From the human T2T-CHM13v2.0 reference genome, Homo sapiens: DNA of 64,000 bases. The stretch lies in assembly GCF_009914755.1 (NCBI RefSeq), contig NC_060927.1; one strand, given 5' to 3'. Position 1 is the first letter of the stretch. Each line of letters begins with the position of its first letter. Shown piece after piece: positions 52,461 to 64,000 of the stretch. The notes below the pieces were generated by a model that did not search any database, was not told where the DNA came from, and was given only the letters and a program-made list of their open reading frames with translations. The position numbers and the translations under genes were made by a program.

Positions 52461-52879
52461 GGTTCTCTTATATCATCTGTAAATCTAAAGCGTTACACTT
52501 AAGAAATTGATATATCTTTATTATTAGTTTTTAAACATTTTATTAGAACTAACCGAATAGCACTAGAATTAAAATTGACTAGGAGGCTACTGAGACGTCA
52601 ATCTTTAAAATTGATTTTGGGGGAATAAAAAGCCCTTTATGTAACAGTTATTATGAGGTGTTCCATTTTTTCATGACCTTTGTTTCCTACTTGTATAATC
52701 ATTTATACTGAAATTCATTAGTCTGCTCCTGGAAAGAAGCACTAAAGGCTACATAAGTAACTATGGGTTAATTGGATAACTGTGGTAATTTGAAAGCTTA
52801 TACATGCTGACTTGGCAATTATTAATAATACATGAAGCTTACTGCAGATGACCCCTACATTGGTATGAGAAGCAACTGA

Positions 52880-53070
52880 GAATAGAAGCGAGATTTCCTG
52901 GATTTGATAGTGTGTCAAATTAGGAAAATTGCTTTAATCTCTTTCTCACTCGGTCCCTTCAGGTACAAAATGGGGACAATAAAACCTACTTTGCCAAGCT
53001 GCTGTGAGGATTATATGAGATGATGCCAAATAATCAGTGCTGTGTGCCCACTAAATGTAAGTTATTACAG
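52880..53070 (+). mobile_element. MIR SINE
   Basis: TACAAAATGGGGACAATAAAACCTACTTTGCCAAGCTGCTGTGAGGATTATATGAGATGATG. Confidence 0.65.
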
Positions 53071-53476
53071 TGAGTGTGAATTGGGCACATTTTACACTTT
53101 CAGAAATAATATTTATATAATACTATATAATATACATATATCATACAATACTAGTTCACTGACAACTTGGAAGCTCAGACTTGAAGAATTTTCATTTCTG
53201 TGTGGCCTCTTGTTACCTGATTTCTTGACTGTTTCTCTGGTGGACTACTTGTGCTGACTTATTCTAGACATTATTTTAGAGGCCTAAGTTCTTTTCTTTC
53301 TCCAGCGATTTTGTAAACACCCAATTGACCGAGTAAATCTTCTTAAAATACCTCCTGTCATTTCTGGAGGCCCACCATGCAGCAGATGCTAGTTGTTGGC
53401 CACAGGATCTCAAGAATGAGAATCTCGTATCTGTTAACTCACCTGCTTGATTATTGATTTGAAGTGAGGGAAATAA

Positions 53477-53773
<297 letters not shown>

Positions 53774-54767
53774 TTGAAGTGAATGAAATCTGAATGCAAT
53801 TTGAAAATGAGACATTGGCAGTGACACTACAGTGTCATAATATATCACTTGTGGCCACCTTTAATGAAGAGCCAATTACTACAAGCCTCTAGAAAACTCA
53901 GTGATTTCTACAATAGACTATTATGACTTTAGTAAAGAATACAAGGTCTGTTGGGTGGGCTACCTGCTTCTGATCGCTCTGACTCATTTATAGAAACAAT
54001 ATACCCAGGTTTTAACTTCTTGGTTCAGGCATAATCAGGAACACAGAGAATCTCTTTTGTCTAATAGCCATAGGGCTATTGTAGCCGAAATGTGACAGCA
54101 TTGCTGGATTGAGGCTGCCAAATTACATTATAGAATGACTTTTTACCTTAACCAGGCCTCTTGTGTGAAAGTTTAGAGGATCGATTGGGGAATGCGCAGG
54201 GCTCTGAAAACTAGAAAGGAATTAGCTGGATGGGTTCAGACAAAACTGAATACCTGATCTCCCAAATTACACTACTTTTCCCTTGCCAGCAGGAAGAGCC
54301 CTTTCTTCTTATTGTATGGTGCTGGACCTGCCTCGCTTTGGGAACTGGAGGTAGTTATCACATTAAAAATTACTCATTCACTTTGTATCCCATTCCATCG
54401 CTGCTCATTACCTTTAGAGCAAAGATCATATTCATTTCCCAACACGTCACAGCTGTAACTATTCAACCCAGGGAGAGAAGGCTTACTAGCCTTCTAATAA
54501 CTTATATCAACAGAAACCTGGACAATATCTACAGGATATTATTCTAATTGTGCTAGACCAGAAAAGAAGAAAATAATTTTAAAGTAGCTGAATTTATTGT
54601 TATGGTTGCATTTAATGGAGATACTGGATACAAGGGCTAGTTCAAGCAGCTGGAAATGGTTCCAGCTGTGTGCTTGGTATTGACTAATAAAACTTAGACA
54701 CAAATGATGTTTTAGTAAATAAGGTTTAGATACCAGGAATTCTTTGGCAGAATGGAGAGAGAGGAAT

Positions 54768-55051
54768 TCATGTGGTTATCAAGCACTTGACATGTGGCTA
54801 GTCCAAAGCAAGATGTTTTTCTAAGTGTAACATAGTGCAAAAAATGTGAAGTACCTCAATAATACCTTTTGTATTGATTACATGTTGAAACAATAATATC
54901 TTGGCTATATTGGGTGAAACAAAATGTAAGTTTTAAAAATTATTTTACCCATTTCTTATTACTTTGTTTTGAAATATGGCTACTAGAAAATTTAAAATGA
55001 CACATGCGGCTTGCATCTGTGGCATGGATTATATTTTTATTGGGCAGCTCT
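54768..55051. mobile_element. MER33-like hAT-Charlie DNA transposon fossil
   Basis: CATGTGG..AGCACTTGACATGTGGCTAGTCC...TATTGATTACATGTTGAAA..ATAATAT...GGCTACTAGAAAATTTAAAAT...TATTGGGCAGC. Confidence 0.75.
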
Positions 55052-55440
55052 GATGTAGAAGAATATGAATATTTGAATTGATTTTTCATATGTGACATAC
55101 TTACTCCTCTTCCAGCTTTGTCTCCTGAAGGGTCCAGAGTCATTCCCTTGAACAAGGCATTTGCACTCCAGAGAAGTGCTCCTGCACATCTGAAAGGCTT
55201 TGTCGTGTTTGTTCTTTGTTGGCTAGGGTGAGTTAGGAAGTAACCGCCACTGAAATCAGTCCTTGATTTCAGGAGGGATGACAGGGTCATGGAGTGGTCA
55301 ATCCAAAATGGTCGTAGCTAACGATCAGAGACAAAGCAAACATAGTTTTCATAGTAGTTGATGAACTCCCAAGTTTATTTTGCTGTGGTTTAGAGATTAT
55401 TACTTCCTAGAATTCAAATACCTGTGATTTACCAAGGTCC

Positions 55441-55797
55441 AAATGAGTTCATGTCCTTTGTAGAGACGTGGATGAAGCTGGAAACCATCATTCTCAGCAA
55501 ACTATCACAAGGACAAAAAACCAAACACCGCATGTTCTCACTCATAGGTGGGAATTGAACAATGAGAACACATGGACATAGGAAGGGGAACATCACACAC
55601 CCACACTGGGGCCTGTTGTGGGGTGCGGGGAGGGGGGAGGGATAGCATTAGGAGATATACCTAATGGTAAATGATGGGTTAATGGGTGCAGCACACCAAC
55701 ATGGCATATGTATACATATGTAACTAACCTGCACGTTGTGCACATGTACCCTAAAACTTAAAGTATAATAAAAAAATAAGTTTTAAATAGAAAAAAA
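55441..55797 (+). mobile_element. 5'-truncated L1PA (L1PA4/5-like) 3' end
   Basis: End of ORF2 plus 3' UTR with G-rich tract and CCCTAAAACTTAAAGTATAATAAAAAAA. Confidence 0.93.
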
Positions 55798-56280
55798 TTG
55801 AGATGTGGTTAAAAAAAAAAGACCTAACTTGATTCATAAATTGGAAAGTCATGTTTTATCACCAAATGGAGAGCTCATGAGCCCTCACTCAATGCAGAAG
55901 CTTGAAAGAGACTCTTAACTGAGGGAGAAGCCAGGTGGTTGTGAAAAGGACCACAAAATATCAAATTTATGTGCTTTGATTTTCTCTCTGAGCTTCTTTA
56001 AAGAAAGCCCATTTATCAGCATGTCTGTTTTGAAGAAAGAGAAACACAGGCTAGTTGATATTGCTAATACCTAGAGATCCAAAACACTAATGTTCCATCA
56101 GTCAAAAGATAGAATTTTATCCTAAGTACCTCTGCCCATGTGCCCAGAAATCCATCTTGCGACAGTCTGCCAGTTTTCGATTACATAATTGAATCAGCAA
56201 TTGGCAAAATAACACATTGTCTTCCTGGCCCATTGAGTGAGGTTTTTTTTTTTAATAGAAAGAAGCTTTTAGAATTGTCA

Positions 56281-56631
<351 letters not shown>

Positions 56632-56745
56632 GTCAATTTTAAAGACTTGAAATATACAATAGGCCTTTATCCTGAACTTACTTCCCATTAAGCTTAACTC
56701 TTTGGCTTTTAGATCTCAGATAATGATGATTATTGCACACATAAC

Positions 56746-57100
56746 TTATATGGTTTGGCTGCGTCCCCACCTAAATCTCACCTTCAATTGCAATAATCCG
56801 CATGTGTCAAGGGCTGGGCCAGGTGGACATGATTGAATCATAGGGGTGTTTCACCCATACTGTTCTCATGGTAGTGACTAAGTCTCATGAAATCTGATAA
56901 ATGGTTTTATAAATGGGAGTTCCCCTGCACAAGCTGTCTTTCCTGCCTTCATGTAAGACTTGCCTTGCCTCCCTTTATCCTTCTGCTATGATTATGAGGC
57001 CTCCCAGCCACGTAGAACTGAGTCCATTAAACCTCTCTCCTGTATAAATCACCCAGTCTTGGGTATGTCTTTATTAGCAACATAAGAACAGACTATTACA
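56746..57100 (+). mobile_element. THE1 (C/D-like) solo LTR
   Basis: T(T)ATATGGTTTGGCTG...TCCATTAAACCTCT...CAGACTATTACA; perfect 5-bp TSD ATAAC at 56741-56745 and 57101-57105. Confidence 0.92.
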
Positions 57101-58968
57101 ATAACCCAGTGGAGATTTAAATGTTAAAGACTCTTCCAGACATTGTCCCTTTATTAGGGAAAATCAACAGAGACCTTGGCACATGAAATGCAGCTACTTT
57201 TCAGGCAAATGCACACTTCTCTCTCCAGTAAATGAACAATACTAAAAACATTTTGCTTTCGCTTTGCAGATATAGTAGCATATATTCACTATGTTACCTA
57301 AGAGCTACATCAACTCTCTGTTCTTTATTCCTCTGGGATGTTGATTATCTCTGTCCCCAGCTTATCATCCTGGTCAGCTTTTTTTGGTGAACTTAGGCTC
57401 ATAGATCTTGGTGAGCAGTAAGCAACCATTACTCTATATGCATTTATAAGGCATCGACATTTCCATGGATAAGAGATAAATCCCACAAAAATTTAGGATT
57501 CTACCTACTATTCTTGTGAATTTTGTGGGGTCTAGTCATATCAGGACATTCTCTCCAAAGTGAAAGACAAGTGGCTGCTTTTTGGCTCACATTTTTCATT
57601 ATATACATTGTGTATGTAGTATTTTTGGATTTTGGAAGAAACATATTCCACATCTGGGTGAGCCAATCCTCTATTCACCAAGGGACCCATCATGCTACCA
57701 CTTTTGAGTGTGATGCAGAACAAGAGAAGGCTGTCCTACTATTTGGGGAATATGCCTCAGGAAATATAATTGTTCAGTGTTGGGATGTGGTATGGTGCTT
57801 CTGGCAAGATCTAATTGTAGAGTCATAGCATAGACCACCTAGGACTTTTTAAAAAAGCAGTGACCTCTTTGGAAAATAATCAATAATTAATCTTCCTTTG
57901 AAATCCATCTTCTATCTTGTGACTTGGGTCTAGGAATGATTGAGCCTCTGATCAGGGAAACCCAAATTTTCCCCAAATCATACAACCATCATGAACTGGG
58001 TGATGGTTGATCTTTCAAATCACAAATGTGCACTGAAGTATTCTATCATCAAGTGGAGTTAGCATCGGCAAAGCTCAAGTAGTTACTAAGAACACAAAAA
58101 TGTGCTTTGATTGATTCAGGGATAGTGGCTAAAGGGCTGAATGAATGTTTGGGGTGTTTAGAGGGGAGAACTTTGAAGGATATGTAACAACAAAGTCTGG
58201 GTAAGAGATACGAGATGGATCCTTTGAATGATTTCAAAATATAAAGATATCACTGTCCTGGTGAACACTTACAAATAAATATTTAGCACGGTAAACAATC
58301 AGTAATAGTTACTTGGAGTCCCTCAGCGTCTTCCTCCAGCATCCCACTGCTTGCAAAATTGGCTCATAAACAGTGTTTCCAGGGTAGCAGGGATACAGGT
58401 TATATATGGGCTTAATCACATGGTATTACTCTCAACAAAACTGAATGACCACCAATACTGCCTATAGCCCAGTCTGCTCATTGCATAAAGCAATGTTGAG
58501 CCATCAATATGATGCAATATTATATCAGGTCTACCAAGCCAAGTTTGTGGCCAAATAATTATATTGAACTCCTTTCACCATGGAAAAGAAACAAGTAAAT
58601 TTTGTCCTTAGTTGGGGTAGACGTTCTATGAATGTATTTTCTTTCCTTCTTACCATACTTCCGTGCGTAGCAGACCCACCATCTGTGCATTTACTAAATG
58701 CATTGTTCTATATGTGGTTATCATGCACAACATTGCTTCCAACAAAAAAATTATTTTCCAATGATAAAGTGAAGAAAGGACTGAAGATAGGCTGCTATAA
58801 CAGTATAATGACCAGCCAAAATATTCAGTAGATTCAGTTATGGCACCATAACTGCCTTATGAGGTTAAAGTTCTTTCCTTAAGGAAGTAGTGTATGTTTT
58901 GAACTAATGACAAATTTCTTGTTTCTTACATTGCTTGTCTAGTAGTGATTAGTGCTATTTACCAATTT

Positions 58969-59856
58969 CAGTTGTTCCTCCATACCTGTGGGTGATTGGT
59001 TCCAGGATCCCCTGCAGATACCAAAATCCATAGGTGCTTAATTTCCATACATAAAATGGCTTAGTATTTGCATATAACCCACAAGCCTCTTCCTGTATAA
59101 TTTAATCTCTTTCTTTCCCTTCCTTCCTTCCTTTCTTTTCTTTCTTTCTCTTTCTTTCTTTCCTTCCTTCCTTTTCTTTTTCTTTTCTTTTCCTTTCTTT
59201 CTTTTTCTTTCTTATTTTTTTCGTTCTTTTCTTTCTTTCTCTCTCCTTCCTTCCTTGCTTCCTTCCTTCCTTCTCTATTTTCTTTTCCTTTCCTTTCCTT
59301 TCCCTTTCCCTTTCTTTCTTTGTTTCTTTCTCTCTTTCTCTCCTTCTCTCTCTCTTTCTTTCTTTTCTTTCTCTCTTTCTTCTTTTTTTTTTTTTTTGAC
59401 AGTCTCACTTTGTCACCCAGGCTGGAAGGCAGTGGTGCAATCTTTGCTCATTGCAACCTGTCTCCTGGGTTCAAGCGATTCCCCTGCTTCAGCCTCTCAA
59501 GTAGTTGGGATTACAGACACCCACCACCACGCCCAGCTAATTTTTGTATTTTTAGTAGAGACGGGGCTTCACCATGTTGCCCAGGTTGGTCTCTAACTCC
59601 TGACCGTAAGTGATCCGCCCACCTTGGCCTCCCAAATTGCTGGGATTAGAGGCATGAGCTACCAGGTCGGGCCAATTTAAATTACCTCTAGATTACTTAT
59701 ATTACTACTACAATGTAAATGCCATGTAAATGGTTGGTATACTGTACTATTATAAAGTTTGTATAAATGTTATTGTTGCATTACTATTTTTAATTGCTTT
59801 TTAAAAGAGATTTTGAATCCATGGATGCAGAAGTGGTGAATACAAAAGGCCGACTG
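58969..59856. mobile_element. MER2 (TcMar-Tigger) fossil split by an Alu
   Basis: Starts CAGTTGTTCCTCCATACCTGTGGG.GATTGGTTCCAGGA, ends AATACAAAAGGCCGACTG followed by TA. Confidence 0.82.
59106..59673 (-). mobile_element. AluS with ~290-bp expanded (GAAA/GGAA)n tail
   Basis: Alu body ~59398-59673, CT-rich tract 59106-59397, TSD AATTTAA at 59099-59105 and 59674-59680. Confidence 0.92.
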
Positions 59857-59907
59857 TATTTTTAGTTTTTCCTCTTCTAAGAGCCATAGTAGGATTATAT
59901 GTCCCTA

Positions 59908-60396
<489 letters not shown>

Positions 60397-61062
60397 CTAA
60401 GTGAGGAAGAAACTTCCATTTCTTTGCCTGGGAACACTTAAGTTGTGTTGTCATGGAAATCTTACTTTTGCTTGTTACTGTGGCATAACCTACTGTAATA
60501 CCCACGTATATCACTGCAATACCAACCTGTAGCTGACTAAATAGTTTCTTTCAAGCAATGTAAAGTAACAGTAAAATGTTTTACTTTTATTTAGACACAT
60601 ACGTACTTTTCACTTAGCCCTCCAAATATTAACTTTTTGAAATAAATGGAAGGTGGACTGATGTCTATGATAGTGAAAAAAATATTTACAGGAATAAGTA
60701 CAAGGAGAAAAATTCATCATTGTCCAAAATTCTCTCTAAGAATTAGAGATTAGGAAGGGTTAGCCAATTGTCTTCTGGTTTTCAAGAAAAATTTGTAGAC
60801 TGCCAAATATTTCCTTTCTGTGAATTGAAAAACTAAAACAAACATGAAGACAATAATTGCCATAGGGCCACAACAGTAATATAAAGAAGTGCAGAGATGA
60901 GACTGTACCCATGGCTTGTGCTCACTGGAAGGTGAGCATCATGATATCGGCATGTACTACTTTGAAGGCTTTTGAGACAGGTACGAGTCTTACTAGGTTA
61001 GTAGAGTCATTTCCAAAGCCAGTCGTCCGCAGTCAACCTGAAGAATAGTTCAGCTAAAAATA

Positions 61063-61151
61063 TTAGGCTGGTACAAAAGTAATTGTGTGGGTTTTTTTTT
61101 TTTTTTGCAATTTTTAATGGCAAAACCTCAATTACTTTTGCACCCAGCAAA
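61063..61151. mobile_element. MADE1 (Hsmar1-derived MITE)
   Basis: TTAGGCTGGTACAAAAGTAATTG...CAATTACTTTTGCACCCAGCAAA inverted repeats, flanked by TA (61061-62, 61152-53). Confidence 0.88.
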
Positions 61152-61443
61152 TATTAATTTTCTTGCATAAATTGCTGGGTAAACAAAGATTCTTACTGAA
61201 TTATCCAAATAATTAGCCAGTCACTACTGTAGCTGCTACAACCCAAGTATTATTTGTTTCTTTAAATTTCCCTAAAATTTCTTAATAAAACTTTAAATCT
61301 GAATTCTTCATAAATTCTACCTTATGGATGTTGGCATACCTAATGAACACCTGTATATTTTATGTATATTTTGTGTTTCTGAGTGTGTTTACTTACCTAG
61401 GCATCCCTAAAATTTGTAGCTTTTGCTTATATTTTAAAAATTG

Positions 61444-61758
<315 letters not shown>

Positions 61759-62625
61759 TTAAAACTATTTATCAAAAGTAATTAAATGAAAATTTTCTAT
61801 CAAAATCAAGATTTAAAATATTTTATTTAAGTTCAGATACTGCTTTTCCTTCCCCACTATAAAAACTCAAAATGTTCAGCTCCCAAGTTTTCCACACGGA
61901 AAATATTATCAAATTACTAACGAGAAATATCTACATATATATTTGTTCACTTGGAAAGGTTTAAGTCTCCAAAGTGCTAATGAGAAACTTTAGTGTTAGA
62001 AATAGTGTTAATAAATGTGTGGAAAACACACAATTAACCTTTAATTTTTAAGAAATAATTAAGATAAACTGCTTTAAACTGTTCTTCACAGACTCCAATT
62101 ATTGTTAGAGCTTAATTTACTTTTTAATGCTCAAATCCACTTGAAGCTCCCATGTCCTGTGTTCTTCAGGAGGATAGAATTACGCATGTCTACTACCTAT
62201 TGTCCATTATTATGAAAATTAAACCATTTTTCTTTTTCTCTGAATTCTAGGGAAAAGACTTTTGGAGTATGAGACATGAATTTAACCCACGATGCTAATT
62301 TCTGTCTCATTTGCTTGCTTGCATATTTTCCAAGAATTGGCAAAATTTCTTAATAATTGAGGTCACCCAAAACAAATCACAAATTTGACACATTTATATT
62401 TATTTCCCAGAACTATTGAAAGACTAAACCAATTGATTAAATTGATGTGAGTTGATAACTTTATTTCCAATATAGATTTGTACCAAGTAGAGATGGTTTA
62501 ATTTATCTTCATTTTAAGAAATGTTTATTAATTTCCTGTTATGCATAAATTAGTAATCCATAAGGTTATAAAGAGAAGCTAATGATGGGGCCACCAGATT
62601 GATCCACAGATGAGTGATTCATGGA

Positions 62626-62928
<303 letters not shown>

Positions 62929-62989
62929 TGATTCATGGTTTTGATCTTAAAAGATAGTATACCTCATATACCCCCATGTACTAAGCACA

Positions 62990-63850
62990 GTGATAAAAGT
63001 ATTTGTGGACAATAAACATAAAGGTTGTTTCCCAGGAAGTTGGAGAAAAAAACAAAGAGTTAGAAATTAGGAGAGAAAAACAAGAGGCTAATGGATCAGT
63101 CCAAGAGGCCCACTGCCTGACTAGTAGCAATTCCGAAGGATAGCAGAGAAACTAGAGATGAAAAAAATTATTATAAAAATATTAAGAAAATTTTCCATAG
63201 CTGAAATAAATAGTTCTCCAGGTTGAATGGGCCCATCTAGTGTCCTATGTTGAAGGAAAACAAATCAACAACAAGCAAGCGTGGACAGAATATCACAAGC
63301 ACATCCTAGTAAAACTTTTTTGATTTTGATATTCTCCAAGCTTTTCTTGAATATGCTTTCTGGAGGACAGGCTTCTTTTAATTAGTGAAGAAACCAGGAA
63401 AGAGAAAGTAATTAGATCTAAGAAACAGGAGATCCAACAGAAAAGAGTGATGTAAGAAAGTCTTGGGTCTGAAGAGAAACCAGTGGGTTTGGGACAAAAA
63501 TATGAAGGGTTTAATGAGGGAGGTGTCAGAGAAAATCACAGATTGATGGAATACTGGACATAATTGAGCATCTAGAATGTCAAAAAAATGCAACTATTGA
63601 CTCCAAAAAATAATCAATTGTATACAGAAAAGGAAAGGTACTTACAGTGTCATACTTAGCTCTGAAGCAGACTCATCTAAGGATAGTTTGCTTAGTAAAA
63701 CTAATGTAAACTCTCACTATTAATTTAACAAATAAAGTGACAGTAAGATAATGGGAAAAATGATTAACTATATAATGTTTAATATTTCTGACAAATCTGA
63801 CATGGTGGATCTGTTCAATTTCTAACTACATGCCCAAATGTAGCTTATAG
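62990..63850 (+). mobile_element. HAL1/L1ME-like ORF1-type remnant
   Basis: A-rich GGATCAGTCCAAGAGG..CA...AAGAAAATTTTCCATAGCTGAA...CCAGGTTGAATGGGCCCA motifs. Confidence 0.55.
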
Positions 63851-64000
63851 ACACAACTCATTTAAACTCAAGACTATGTGAGATTAGGAAGATGTGATTA
63901 ATTTTGAACTATTTATCTTTTAGAATATTGAAGCAGACCCCAGGCCCTGTCTCTATTAATAATAGCACTGTCTTAGAGGGTTGTTGTAAGGATTAAATGA

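Noticed and set aside
56998-57013. THE1 PRDM9 hotspot motif position
   Set aside because: This copy reads CCTCCCAGCCAC, one base shorter than the hot CCTCCCTAGCCAC, so the 13-mer spacing is broken
59061-59408. K/E/R-rich 115-aa ORF, plus ORFs at 30320, 37621-37839 and 39399-39772
   Set aside because: Translations of stop-free simple repeats

Overview
Primate (human-like) genomic DNA, AT-rich and CpG-depleted, intronic or intergenic. I find no intact protein-coding gene, tRNA, rRNA or CRISPR array. Apart from retroelement remnants, the ORF track looks like chance ORFs and Alu or microsatellite translations. Positions 1-3451 are the 3' half of a HERV-K-class provirus (HML-8/HERVK11, MER11 LTR). 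Its pol has an internal deletion that joins RNase H directly to the integrase C-terminus, and its env is frameshifted. The provirus sits inside ORF2 of an L1PA element (3452-5861). The rest is a patchwork of Alus (most with visible TSDs), old L1M/L2/MIR fragments, MaLR LTRs (MLT1, THE1), an ERVL-like internal remnant, DNA-transposon fossils (MER58, MER102, MER33, MER2, MADE1) and simple repeats, separated by several repeat-poor blocks. I cannot support a claim of a new biological system. The best leads are: a TSD-flanked, polyadenylated mRNA 3'-UTR retrocopy with a probable 5' inversion (33893-34240); a CTCF motif next to a canonical G-quadruplex (29454-29587); two fold-back inverted duplications at the ends of old LINE fragments (7696-7765, 50513-50576); a nascent minisatellite with a near-PRDM9 motif (25621-25734); and a candidate minus-strand non-coding exon (44392-44501). 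Repeat family names come from remembered consensus sequences, not a database search, and boundaries of old repeats are approximate.
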